A stretch of 18,149 nt of DNA. It comes from Armatimonadota bacterium. GTDB taxonomy: Bacteria > Armatimonadota > SYMT01. A program made the translations under genes and the position numbers. Positions 7,625-16,872 of this stretch are shown here, one piece after another (the first letter of the stretch is position 1; every line of letters starts with the position of its first letter). The notes beneath the pieces are model-generated. The model saw only the letters and a program-made list of their open reading frames with translations, did no database searches and was not told the DNA's origin. The stretch is from positions 1-18,149 of the forward strand of contig JBKBRF010000079.1 in NCBI GenBank assembly GCA_046292385.1, given 5' to 3'.

Positions 7625-7654
7625 AATATATCAGAACGATGAGTGCGAGTGCAA
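7625..7654 (-). promoter_or_regulatory. Sigma70 promoter for rpsT (extended -10)
   Basis: TTGCAC-18 nt-TATATT with TG-n before the -10 box; overlaps the murJ start codon. Confidence 0.55.
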
Positions 7655-9357
7655 CCCCTGGGCCGGAGGACGCCGGCGACGCCTCTCCCCGCGCCGGCAC
7701 CGGTACCCGGATTGCCTCCGCCGCCGGCATCATGGTGGCGGCCATCCTGCTCAGCCGGGTGCTGGGCCTCGTCCGTGACATCGTCGTCGCCTACTATTTT
7801 GGCGCGAGCGACGTCACCGACGCCTACATCGCGGCATTCCGACTACCTGACCTCCTCTACTTCCTCATCGCCGGCGGCGCGCTCAGCAGCGCGTTCATTC
7901 CGGTCTTCACGGAATACCTCACCAAGGGCGATGAGGAGAGCGCGTGGCACGTCTTCAGTGTCTTCGGGACGGCGCTCACCTTCCTGCTTACCTTCATCAT
8001 CGTCGCCGGGTGGATCTTTACGCCGTGGCTGCTGGTGCCGCTGGCGCCCGGCTACCTGGACGATCCGAGCAAGTTCCAGCTCACCGTGCACCTGACCCGG
8101 ATCGTGCTGCCGGCCCAGCTCTGCTTCTTCATCGGCGGCCTGATGATGAGCACGCTCTACGCGCGGCAGCACTTCCTCTTTCCAGCACTCGGACCGGTGG
8201 TCTACAACATCGCCATCATCATCGGCGGCGCGATCGGCGGGCAGTTCTGGGGGCCGGTCCGGGGAATCGACGGCCTGGCCTGGGGCGTGGTGGTGGGCGC
8301 CTTCCTCGGGAACGTGGTGATGCAGCTCTGGATGCTGCGCCGCCTGGGAGTCCGCTACCACTTCTCGCTCAACGTGCGCCACGAGGGCGTGGTCCGCGTG
8401 GCGAAGCTGATGCTCCCGGTGCTGCTGGGCCTCTCCCTCCCCTATCTCTGCGTCATCCTGAGCACGCCGTTCGCCAGCGACCTGGGCGACCGGCCGGTAA
8501 CCTGGCTCGACCGCGCGAACAAGCTGATGCAGATGCCGCTCGGCATCTTCGCCCAGGCGCTGAGCGTGGCGATCTTCCCCACCCTTTCCGCCCTGGCGGC
8601 GCAGCAGGATTGGGACGGGTTCCGCAAGCAGTTCAGCCTGGGAATCCGCTCGGTGCTCTTCCTGACCATTCCCTCCGCGGTGTTGATCATCATCCTGGCG
8701 GTGCCGCTCTCCGCCATCCTGTTCCAGCACGGCAAGGGAACCTGGGAAGACACGGTGGCGACCGCTTCCGCCGCCGGCGTCTACGCGCTGGCAATCTTCG
8801 CCGTCTCCGCGCAGCAGGTAGTGAACCGGGGCTTCTACTCCCGGCAGAATACCGTAACGCCGATGCTGGTCGGCTCCGGCGCCACCTTCGTCTTCCTGGC
8901 GCTGAACGTGCTGCTGCTCGGAATCCCAGGACAGAAGTCGGTCGTCAGCTTCGCGCAGCAGGTGCACGGGTCGAAGCTGCTCGCGCTGGCGTATGTGCTG
9001 GCGATGGCGATCTACCTCACCGTGCTGCTGGTCCTCTTCCAGCGGGCGATGGGCGGTATCCGCGGTCGGGAGATCGCCGCTTCCGTGGTGCGGGTGATCG
9101 TCGCCTCCGTGCTGATGGGCGCGGCGGCCTGGGGCGCGCAGGGGCTCTTCCACCAGTGGCTCGTGCCGTACGGCCCTGGCGGCGTGCGGACTCTCGGAAC
9201 GCTGGCGGAGATCCTGCTCTGCAGCGGGGTCGGCGGCGTGGTCTACCTCGCGGCAGTAAAGCTGATGCGTGTGCCGGAAGCGGAGTTTGTCTTCGACGCC
9301 GTCTCGCGCCGCTTCGCCCGCTTCGGACGCCGCGGCCAGACCCCCGCCGCCAAGTGA
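7639..9357 (+). CDS. murJ: Lipid II flippase MurJ (MviN)
   Basis: LSRVLGLVRD...YFGAS...DAYIAAFRLPDL...GGALSSAFIPVF and QMPLGIFAQALSVAIFPTLS motifs, many TM helices, classic rpsT-murJ divergent synteny; start reassigned to 7639. Confidence 0.96.
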   Translation: MSASATPGPEDAGDASPRAGTGTRIASAAGIMVAAILLSRVLGLVRDIVVAYYFGASDVTDAYIAAFRLPDLLYFLIAGGALSSAFIPVFTEYLTKGDEESAWHVFSVFGTALTFLLTFIIVAGWIFTPWLLVPLAPGYLDDPSKFQLTVHLTRIVLPAQLCFFIGGLMMSTLYARQHFLFPALGPVVYNIAIIIGGAIGGQFWGPVRGIDGLAWGVVVGAFLGNVVMQLWMLRRLGVRYHFSLNVRHEGVVRVAKLMLPVLLGLSLPYLCVILSTPFASDLGDRPVTWLDRANKLMQMPLGIFAQALSVAIFPTLSALAAQQDWDGFRKQFSLGIRSVLFLTIPSAVLIIILAVPLSAILFQHGKGTWEDTVATASAAGVYALAIFAVSAQQVVNRGFYSRQNTVTPMLVGSGATFVFLALNVLLLGIPGQKSVVSFAQQVHGSKLLALAYVLAMAIYLTVLLVLFQRAMGGIRGREIAASVVRVIVASVLMGAAAWGAQGLFHQWLVPYGPGGVRTLGTLAEILLCSGVGGVVYLAAVKLMRVPEAEFVFDAVSRRFARFGRRGQTPAAK

Positions 9358-9374
9358 GCGGCCCGGAACTGCTG

Positions 9375-9461
9375 GAGTGGGCGCCAGGGAAAGTGGGCGA
9401 GCTTGAGAGCCCACTCACGAGAGCAGGGGTTCCCTTCCCCCACTCTCCCTTGCTCCCACTC
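9375..9461. repeat. REP-like inverted pair of 23-bp units between convergent murJ and CE15 genes
   Basis: GAGTGGGCGCCAGGGAAAGTGGG (9375-9397) and the reverse complement of GAGTGGGAGCAAGGGAGAGTGGG (9439-9461). Confidence 0.7.
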
Positions 9462-9506
9462 ACCCTTTCCTGGCACGACGGTAAGCCACACCTGCCGAGC
9501 CATCAG

Positions 9507-10787
9507 CTACGGCGCGCGATCCACCTTCCACTGGGAATCTGCGAAGTCCATGAAGCGCTCCCAGTCGTAAGCGGTCAGGTCGTGGCCGCCGCGCCGGATG
9601 TGGTAGCCCATGCGACCGCGCCGGACCGGCGTGTCGAGCGGCGGCATCTGGTTCGCGCCGAGTGCGGGCTGGCCGTAGAGCGCGTAGACCGGAGCGGCGT
9701 GCGCCAGGGAGAGGAACTCGCCGCGCTGGTCCGCCCAGAAGTCGGCGTCCGCGCTGGCGACGTAGACCGGCCGCGGCGCCATCAGCGCGAGGAGCTGGTG
9801 CTGGTCGACCGGCAGCTCGTCCTCGCGTCCGTTGAACTGCCGGAACGCCGGCGCGAACCAGTATGGGAAGCCGGTGTTGATCCGCTCCACCGTCTCGCCG
9901 AAGCGGCGGCGGCTCAAGGCGGCGCCGCCGCAGCCGGAGTCGTTGGAGACCACCAGCGCGAACCGGCGGTCCTGCGCTCCCGCCCAGAGCGCGGTCTTGC
10001 CGCCCCGGGAGTGGCCGACCACCGCCACGCGGCGCGAGTCGACCTCGGGTAGCTGCTGCAGGTAGTCGAGCACGCGGCTGGCACCCCAGGCCCACGCCGC
10101 CAGAGTGCCCCAGGCGTTCCGGCCCGGAACCCCGCTGCCGGCGGGCCATACGCCGCGCACCCCGCCTTCCCGAGCAGCGGCCCCGTCGCGGTCCGGGTCG
10201 ACGTCGTTCGTGCGGAAGACCGCGGCAGCGTAACCGCGCGCGAGGATCTCCTCCGCTGGCCAGAACCCCGTCCGCTCCCGCCGGGTGGGGTCGGCGCTCG
10301 CTTCCGGACGGTTGTTGATCAGCAGGAACGCCGGCGCGGGGCCGCTCCGGCGGTTGGGCACCAGGACCGACGCCGGAAAGGTGAACGATGCCTCTCCGAT
10401 CTCGGCGGTGATCTCTACCTGCCGCAGCGTGGCGCGGCCCCCCATTACCGCCGGATCGGTCCGCACCTCCCGGAACCGCACCCGCGGCTGCTCCTCCGGA
10501 CTGCGGCCGTAGACGAGGTCGCGGAAGAGCGCCAGCGTAGCCGGGCGCGCCACTCGCTCCCACTCCACCCGCGACCGAACCGGCGTGCCGGGGACCACCG
10601 CCAGCGGATCCGGCAGCGTGTACTTCGGAACGTCGCTCTCGCGGAAGATCCAGGCGGTCCCCTTCTGCGCCAGCTCCGCCAGCAGCTTCGGGTCGGCCTG
10701 CCAGCCTTTCGCCGCCTCGCCGGCCGAGACAGCTGCCGCGCCGCCGAGGCACGCTGCGAAGATGAGAGTCCTGATTCGTGAGCGCAC
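9507..10787 (-). CDS. Secreted CE15-family carbohydrate esterase (glucuronoyl esterase-like alpha/beta hydrolase)
   Basis: WAWGASRVLDYL, nucleophile motif GHSRGGK, SGCGGAALSRR, LPVDQHQLLALMAPRP, DFWAD..GEF, GGHD; signal peptide; GGAGG SD before GTG 10787. Confidence 0.92.
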   Translation of the reverse strand: MRSRIRTLIFAACLGGAAAVSAGEAAKGWQADPKLLAELAQKGTAWIFRESDVPKYTLPDPLAVVPGTPVRSRVEWERVARPATLALFRDLVYGRSPEEQPRVRFREVRTDPAVMGGRATLRQVEITAEIGEASFTFPASVLVPNRRSGPAPAFLLINNRPEASADPTRRERTGFWPAEEILARGYAAAVFRTNDVDPDRDGAAAREGGVRGVWPAGSGVPGRNAWGTLAAWAWGASRVLDYLQQLPEVDSRRVAVVGHSRGGKTALWAGAQDRRFALVVSNDSGCGGAALSRRRFGETVERINTGFPYWFAPAFRQFNGREDELPVDQHQLLALMAPRPVYVASADADFWADQRGEFLSLAHAAPVYALYGQPALGANQMPPLDTPVRRGRMGYHIRRGGHDLTAYDWERFMDFADSQWKVDRAP

Positions 10788-10890
10788 GCCTCTACCTCCC
10801 CTACCGGCAGCCCTTGGACGCCGAATGCCGGCGCCGGTACCGCAAGGGCGTTCGGCCACCGGCGCCCGGCTCCCCTTCCCGTCAAACAAG

Positions 10891-10923
10891 AGAGTGGGAG
10901 AGTGGGCGCAAGGGAGAGTGGGA
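10891..10923. repeat. Third copy of the GAGTGGG...AGGGAGAGTGGG REP-like unit
   Basis: 10900-10922 matches the 9439-9461 copy at 22/23 (inverted) and the 9375 copy at 21/23 (direct). Confidence 0.7.
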
Positions 10924-10937
10924 GACCCTGGTTGCAG

Positions 10938-11014
10938 GTTGACAGGTTAGCAGGTTGCAGGTTAGCTCCCCCGGACGCCAGGGTTCGGAACCTGCAACCT
11001 GCTAACCTGTCAAC
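10938..11014. repeat. Perfect 26-bp inverted repeat built from CAGGTT-based 7/8-mers
   Basis: GTTGACAGGTTAGCAGGTTGCAGGTT ... AACCTGCAACCTGCTAACCTGTCAAC with a 25-nt spacer; contains the DinB-family stop codon. Confidence 0.85.
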
Positions 11015-11510
11015 AAGAGGTCTGCGGCTGAGGGGCCGCACCCGGACCGAAGTAGGCGTGCATCGCCTCCATGTCCCCGTGGAACTCGTGGTCGCCGAGC
11101 AGCGACTGGATGTAGGTGATCTGGCCGTGGTGGTGCAGCAGCTCGATTGCCGGGAAGAGCACGGCGCGCGGCCCCCAGAGCGGCCCCACCGGAGTCTCCA
11201 GCATCCGCTCCAGCTCCGGCCCGGCCGCCTCCAGCGCAGCGGCGTACTTCTCGGTCGCTTCCCGAAGCGCGGTGACCGCCTCCTCCCGGCTGCGGAACAG
11301 GGGGAACTCCCCTCCCACGCAGGCGCCACCCTCGAAGGCGGGCTGCATCATCCGCAGCACCATCACGATCTCCCCTACGATCTTGAGCGCGCTCTTGATC
11401 TCCTCGGCCGGGCTCCAGTCGAGCCGGTCGTCCGAGATGAACTGGAGCTGGTGGATCGTGTCGTCCGCCGCCCAGCGCGCCAGCACCGCTACCGTCTTCA
11501 GGTCTTCCAT
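11010..11510 (-). CDS. DinB/YfiT-family protein
   Basis: DDRLDWSP...KSALKIVGEI and C-terminal ELLHHHGQITYIQSLLG motif. Confidence 0.85.
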   Translation of the reverse strand: MEDLKTVAVLARWAADDTIHQLQFISDDRLDWSPAEEIKSALKIVGEIVMVLRMMQPAFEGGACVGGEFPLFRSREEAVTALREATEKYAAALEAAGPELERMLETPVGPLWGPRAVLFPAIELLHHHGQITYIQSLLGDHEFHGDMEAMHAYFGPGAAPQPQTSC

Positions 11511-11526
11511 TCCGCTCTACCCCCTC

Positions 11527-11580
11527 GCGAATACAACATAAGTTCGCTTAAGTGTAGAGCAGGGAGGCACGCGGCGGCAA
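11527..11580 (-). promoter_or_regulatory. Sigma70 promoter plus palindromic operator upstream of the DinB-family gene
   Basis: TTGCCG-18 nt-TACACT followed by GCGAAC-TTAT-GTTGTATTCGC. Confidence 0.5.
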
Positions 11581-11644
11581 GGGTGATTTTGACCGGACTG
11601 CCCGGAGCTCCCGCTGTGCGGGGCGAGAGCTCCGGGTCGGACCA

Positions 11645-13210
11645 TTACGCGAGCGGCCGGAGCCGTTTCTCCCGCACCGCTCTCAGCCGTCGCCGGAGGC
11701 GGCTGAACTCCGCGCGGATCGACTTCGAGCGCCGCCCTATGTTGTGCGCCAGGTTCCTGGTCTCCAGCGGGTCCTTCTTGAGGTCGTACATCTCCCACTG
11801 GCTGGGGACCTGACCGTCTGCGTCGTAGTACTCGGCGATCTTATAACGGCCCTCGCGGATGGCGACGATCCGGTTGGGGGGCGTGGGGTACGGACCGGTT
11901 TTCTGCCCGGACTGGTAGTCGTCGTAGGTGAACACCACGTAGTCCTGCACCTTCCCGCCGGAGGTGGGGTTCAGGACGAGCCGAGAGTAGTCCGCGCCCT
12001 GCCAGTTCGCCTTCTCCGCTTTCGGCAGGCCGAACAGGCCGGCGAGCGTGGGCAGAAAGTCGACGTGCGAGACGAGCGCGTTCGAGCGATACGCCTTGCG
12101 ATAGAGCTTCGGGTTGGAGAAGACCAGCGGCACCCGCATCGCCTCCTCGTAGCAGTTGAAGTTCTTCTGGCGCTGGCCCCCGTGCGTCAGGCCCATCTCA
12201 CCGTGGTCGGCGGTGCGGATCACCAGCGTGTCGTTGCGCAGGCCCAGCTCTTCCAGCGTGTCGAGCACCTGCACCAGGTAGTTGTCCGACGCCTTGAGCA
12301 GGTTGCCGTAGAAGTTCAGGTACTTGCGCTTCATCTCCGGCGTGGGGAGCGGCCCCAGGGCCTGGCTGAGCAGCAGGAACTGGCGCTGGACGCTCGGCTT
12401 GTTGTCGAGCTCCTCCCCAACCGTTGCCGGGAGGTCGATCTCGCCCTCGAGCCAGGAATCATCGTAGCCCGCTTCCTGGTACACCGTCGGGTAGAAGAGG
12501 ACGTCGTGCGGGTTGACCAGCGAGATGATGAGGAAGAACGGCTGCTGCGCCAGTGCCTGGCTCCGGAGGTAAGCGAGCACGCCTTCGTGGCCCGTCTCCA
12601 GGTCTCCGTCATCGTTGATACACCGCCCGTCGTGGTCGGTCACCCCGCCGCCCGCCTGCTCGATGTCCTGGTTGGCGCCGGAGTCCGGCGGGTTCCACCG
12701 GTGGAATCCGTACCTCTCGAGATCGGACGGCCCCCACTCGGCGCCCTCCGGCTTGCTGAGGTGCCACTTGCCCTTGTACACCACCTGGTAGCCGGCGGCG
12801 GCGGCCACCGTAGCGATGTTCTTCAGCTCCGTCGGCGTCTCCACTTGCGGGTACTCGCCGGCTGGCATGTCTTCTTCCAGGGTGTACCGCACGCCGTGCT
12901 GGGCCGGGAGATACCCGGTTAGCCAGGTAGCCCGCGCGGGAGAGCACATGCACGCGTTCGTGAAGGCGTTCTCGAAGCTCAATCCGTGCCGCTTGAGCCG
13001 GGTCAGCCCGGGGAGATTCCGTTCTTCCCAGCCTCGCGGGAAGTGCAGGGTCTTTCGCTCCTGGTCGGTCAGGAAGACGACCACGTTCATACCGAGCGGC
13101 GCCTTCTTCCGGGCCGCGAGCATCCCCGCAGCCCCGATGCCGAGCAGCGGTGCGGAGACCGCCGCCGACTTCAGCAAGGTTCTGCGAGTGAGCCGATGAT
13201 CAACTTGCAC
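11645..13210 (-). CDS. Tat-exported formylglycine-dependent sulfatase (S1)
   Basis: Tat motif TRRTLLK, NVVVFLTDQ, CSPARATWLTG, GKWHL, NPHD, TADHGEM, RVPL, YDLKKDPLET; AAAGGA SD. Confidence 0.95.
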   Translation of the reverse strand: MQVDHRLTRRTLLKSAAVSAPLLGIGAAGMLAARKKAPLGMNVVVFLTDQERKTLHFPRGWEERNLPGLTRLKRHGLSFENAFTNACMCSPARATWLTGYLPAQHGVRYTLEEDMPAGEYPQVETPTELKNIATVAAAAGYQVVYKGKWHLSKPEGAEWGPSDLERYGFHRWNPPDSGANQDIEQAGGGVTDHDGRCINDDGDLETGHEGVLAYLRSQALAQQPFFLIISLVNPHDVLFYPTVYQEAGYDDSWLEGEIDLPATVGEELDNKPSVQRQFLLLSQALGPLPTPEMKRKYLNFYGNLLKASDNYLVQVLDTLEELGLRNDTLVIRTADHGEMGLTHGGQRQKNFNCYEEAMRVPLVFSNPKLYRKAYRSNALVSHVDFLPTLAGLFGLPKAEKANWQGADYSRLVLNPTSGGKVQDYVVFTYDDYQSGQKTGPYPTPPNRIVAIREGRYKIAEYYDADGQVPSQWEMYDLKKDPLETRNLAHNIGRRSKSIRAEFSRLRRRLRAVREKRLRPLA

Positions 13211-13428
13211 AATCCATTCCTTTGAATTCGCACGCGGTCCAAGCCAGCAGACCGCAATGGGTTCAAAGCCAGGTCGGCCAGGTTGCTTGGCCCGACCTTC
13301 GTCAATCTCACGGCTGGGGTGTCAAGCCGTGTCACTCCACCCCGCGCAAACCGGCGGCAGGAGCTCCCCGGGCTCGCGCGCAACGCATGTTCAGCGGCGG
13401 GTGAGCGGCACCCGGGGAGGCCCTTGAG

Positions 13429-14475
13429 ATGCGAGGCGCAGCAGCGTTCCTGGCCGGTTTTATAACTGCGACGGCCGCGGCCGTCGCCTTCGCGCAGGCA
13501 GTTCCGCCGGCGGGGCAGGCGCAGCCGCCTCGGCCGACCCGCGCCCCGACGCCGCCGGGGCCGAGCCCGGATTCGCAGTACCGCCTGGGGCCCGACTCCC
13601 TGCCGCAGGAAGGCGTGCCGAAGGGGGAGATCCGCGGCCCGTTCACGCTGCCGAGCGAGGTCTATCCGGGCACCCAGCATACCTACTGGGTCTACGTCCC
13701 CGCGCAGTACGATCCGAAGGTGCCGGCGGCGCTGATGGTGTTCCAGGACGGCCAGGCGTTCAAGCACGAGACGGGAGACATGCGCGCCCAGAACGTGATG
13801 GACAACCTGATCTACCGCCGCGAGATCCCGGTGATGATCGGCGTCTTCATCAACCCCGGCCGCCGCCCGGACCAGCCGGAGCCGACACCCAGCGACTGGG
13901 GCGACCGCAACACGAACCGCCCCACGGAGTACAACTCGCTGGACGACCGCTACGCACGCGTGATCACCGAAGAGCTGATGCCGGTGCTCTATCGGGAGTA
14001 CAACCTCTCCCGCGATCCGGAGATGCACGGCATCGGCGGCAGCAGCTCCGGTGCCATCGCGGCGTTCACGGTTGCCTGGGAGCGCCCCAACGCCTTCCGG
14101 AAGGTGCTGAGCAACGTCGGCAGCTTCGTCAACCTGCGGGGCGGGCACGTCTACCCGGACCTGGTGCTGAAGAGCGAGAAGAAGCCGCTCCGCGTGTTTC
14201 TCTGCGACGGCCGGAACGATAACCGGGGCGTCCGCCGCGGCGTCTACGACGAGAAGATGGACTGGTTCCACCAGAACGTCCGGCTGATGAAGGCGCTCAC
14301 CGAGAAGGGCTACGACGTCAACTACTCCTGGAGCATGAACCTGCACGGGCAGAAGTACGGCGGGATGATCATGCCGGAGATGATGCGCTGGCTCTGGCGC
14401 GACGGACCGGTCTCCACCGATCCGAGCGACATGGTCGAGCGATCCTTCCGCCAGCCCGCCGAGCGCAGCGAGTAG
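13429..14475 (+). CDS. Secreted alpha/beta-hydrolase esterase (Fes/enterochelin-esterase-like family)
   Basis: Signal peptide, [43 protein letters not shown]...H; GGGAGG SD. Confidence 0.9.
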   Translation: MRGAAAFLAGFITATAAAVAFAQAVPPAGQAQPPRPTRAPTPPGPSPDSQYRLGPDSLPQEGVPKGEIRGPFTLPSEVYPGTQHTYWVYVPAQYDPKVPAALMVFQDGQAFKHETGDMRAQNVMDNLIYRREIPVMIGVFINPGRRPDQPEPTPSDWGDRNTNRPTEYNSLDDRYARVITEELMPVLYREYNLSRDPEMHGIGGSSSGAIAAFTVAWERPNAFRKVLSNVGSFVNLRGGHVYPDLVLKSEKKPLRVFLCDGRNDNRGVRRGVYDEKMDWFHQNVRLMKALTEKGYDVNYSWSMNLHGQKYGGMIMPEMMRWLWRDGPVSTDPSDMVERSFRQPAERSE

Positions 14476-14547
14476 CGCGGAGCCGTGCGGTCCCGGAACC
14501 CTTGCCCCAGCCGCGCGGGTAAGGGTTCCGAGTGCGCCCTGCCGACA

Positions 14548-15066
14548 ATGGTGAGCGTGCGACGGCGACCGCTGCGATGGCTGCTCTTCGGTGCGGGACT
14601 GCTGGGAACGCTGCTGCTGGTCGTGCCGACCGTCCGCGGCTGTCTCGACGAGGCTTCAGATGGCATCCTCGAGACCGACTACTCCCGCCGAGCCCCTTCC
14701 CGCGCCTTTCAGGACATCTTCAAGCGGCCCGCTCCGGCCGGGGTGACCGACCTTCGCGCCATCGGAATGAAGTGGATCGGTGGTGCGAACGTGTGGCTTC
14801 GCTACCGGGCAAAGCGCGGCACTCTCGCCGAAATCCTGCAGGGCTTCTCCAGCACCGGCACCGTAGGGGGTCCGGACCTCAGCAAGAGCGATATCTGGCA
14901 CCCCACGCGGCTAGGCTTCGACCCGGCAGAACGCCTCGAGTGGGATCAGCTTTACCGCGCGAAGAGGATCGAGACCTATTCTCGCGGCGAGCCGGGGATG
15001 AATTCGGTCGAGGTGTACGTCGACCGGTCGAGCGACACCGTCTACCTGTTCGAATTCGGTATCTAG
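14548..15066 (+). CDS. Hypothetical membrane-anchored protein
   Basis: Basic N-terminus plus TM segment (WLLFGAGLLGTLLLVV) followed by a soluble domain; start uncertain. Confidence 0.65.
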   Translation: MVSVRRRPLRWLLFGAGLLGTLLLVVPTVRGCLDEASDGILETDYSRRAPSRAFQDIFKRPAPAGVTDLRAIGMKWIGGANVWLRYRAKRGTLAEILQGFSSTGTVGGPDLSKSDIWHPTRLGFDPAERLEWDQLYRAKRIETYSRGEPGMNSVEVYVDRSSDTVYLFEFGI

Positions 15067-15141
15067 CCTCGCCTGGCTCTCCTCGCGTTACAATCTTCAG
15101 TTGCCGCCGCAGGAGCGGTTCCGCACTCTCGGAGCTCTCGT

Positions 15142-16872
15142 ATGGGTCTGGTCGTCGACGGATCGATCATCATCCTCTACTTCGTGGGGATCATCGCCAT
15201 CGGCCTCTACATGGGGCGGCGCGAGGATAACCTGAAGGACTTCGCCCTCGGCGGCCGGCAGGTGCCGTGGTGGGCGGTGATGGCCTCGATCATCGCGGCG
15301 GAGACGAGCGCGGCGACCTTCCTCGGCGCCCCGGGGGAGGGGTTCCAGAAGCGCAGCCTGGCCTACGTGCAGCTGGTGCTGGGCCTCATCATCGGCCGCT
15401 ACATCGTGGGCTACGTCTTCCTGAAGCCGTACTACCTCTACAAGGTCTACACCGTCTACGACTACCTCGGCATCCGCTTCGGGCCGATGAGCAAGAGCTA
15501 CATCTCCGCGCTCTTCCTGGTGATGCGGACGCTCGCCTCCGGCACGCGCCTCTTCGTGCCCTCGCTGGTGATGGTGCTGGCGTGGCGGATGTTCTCCGGC
15601 GGCACGGAGGGGGTGCAGTTCAGCCAGAACGCCGTGACGGAGGTCCAGCCCTACCTGGTGGCGATCGTCTTCCTGACCCTCGCCACCTGCCTCTACACGG
15701 CGCTCGGCGGGATCAAGGCGGTGATCTGGACCGACGTGATCCAGGCGACGCTGATGTTCGGGAGCGCGCTGGTCGCCATCGGCACGCTGCTCTACCAGGT
15801 CGGCGGCTTCGACGCCGTGGCGCAGGCGGTGCCGCAGATGACGCGGATCGAGGGCTACTTCCTGACCGGCTTCGAAGCGAGCCGGATCGCGGAGTGGAAG
15901 GCGCAGCAGGGGGTCCAGGAGATGGACCTCTGGCAGTACGTGAAGCTGATCCTGGCGAGCGACTACACCCTCTTCTCCGCGCTGATCGGCACCACCGTGA
16001 TGAACATGGGCATGTTCGGGACCGACCAGGACATGGTCCAGCGCATGCTCACCGCGGAGACCTACCAGAAGGCGCGCCGCAGCCTGATCACCGCGGCCTT
16101 CGTGGATATCCCGATCGCCGCGGCGTTCACCTTCATCGGGATCCTGCTCTACGTCTACTACCAGCAGGACCCCACCCACCAACCGGCGGCCAACGCGGAC
16201 GTCTTCGGCTCCTACATCCTCAACGTGATGCCGGTCGGCATCCGCGGCCTGGTGCTGGCGGGCGTCTTCGCCACCGCCATGGGGTCGCTTTCCGCCGCGC
16301 TGAACGCCCTCGCGACCAGCGCGACCAACGACTGGTTCCTGCCGAAGGTGCGGGGCAAGGAAGAGCACTACTACATCAACGCCGCGCGGGTCTTCACGGG
16401 GATCTTCGCGATCCTGATGATCCTCATCGCCGCTGCCTTCGCCTACGCCAAGGTGACCAACCCGGACGTGCGCATCATCCCGGTGGTGCTCGGGATCGCC
16501 GGCTTCATCATCGGGCCGATGCTTGGCGTCTTCCTGATCGGGATGCTCACGCCGAACCGGGGGTCGGACACCGGCAACATCATCGCGGTGACCTGCGGCC
16601 TCGCGGCGACGATCGTCACCGGCGAGCTGCACATTTACTTCGCCAACCTGGCCGCCCCCCTCTTCGGGATGGAGCCGACGACCTTCGCAGCGCCGGCCTG
16701 GCTGCCGAAGGTCTCCTTCACCTGGTACGCGCTGATCGGCGCGCTGGTGGTCTTCCTGGTCGGCATCCTCTTCCGCACCCCGGAGAAGGTGCTGGAGCGC
16801 GCCCGCCGCCAGGCCGAAGAAGCGCAGTCCGGCGACGACCGCCCCATGGCGCTGCGGGAGACCTCCGGGTAG
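15142..16872 (+). CDS. Sodium:solute symporter (SSS/SLC5 family)
   Basis: DFALGGRQVPWWAV, SIIAAETSAATFLGAPG, YTALGGIKAVIWTDVIQ, GTDQDMVQRMLTA, ATAMGSLSAALNALA. Confidence 0.96.
   Translation: MGLVVDGSIIILYFVGIIAIGLYMGRREDNLKDFALGGRQVPWWAVMASIIAAETSAATFLGAPGEGFQKRSLAYVQLVLGLIIGRYIVGYVFLKPYYLYKVYTVYDYLGIRFGPMSKSYISALFLVMRTLASGTRLFVPSLVMVLAWRMFSGGTEGVQFSQNAVTEVQPYLVAIVFLTLATCLYTALGGIKAVIWTDVIQATLMFGSALVAIGTLLYQVGGFDAVAQAVPQMTRIEGYFLTGFEASRIAEWKAQQGVQEMDLWQYVKLILASDYTLFSALIGTTVMNMGMFGTDQDMVQRMLTAETYQKARRSLITAAFVDIPIAAAFTFIGILLYVYYQQDPTHQPAANADVFGSYILNVMPVGIRGLVLAGVFATAMGSLSAALNALATSATNDWFLPKVRGKEEHYYINAARVFTGIFAILMILIAAAFAYAKVTNPDVRIIPVVLGIAGFIIGPMLGVFLIGMLTPNRGSDTGNIIAVTCGLAATIVTGELHIYFANLAAPLFGMEPTTFAAPAWLPKVSFTWYALIGALVVFLVGILFRTPEKVLERARRQAEEAQSGDDRPMALRETSG

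Noticed and set aside
7843..10752. Long alternative ORFs 7944-10052 (+), 7843-9414 (-) and 9460-10752 (-)
   Set aside because: Arg/Pro/Gly-rich shadow frames of murJ and the CE15 gene, typical of high-GC DNA.
6961..11014. CRISPR array
   Set aside because: The repeats are 6-8-bp tandem units or dispersed 23-mers without regular unique spacers, and no cas genes are present.
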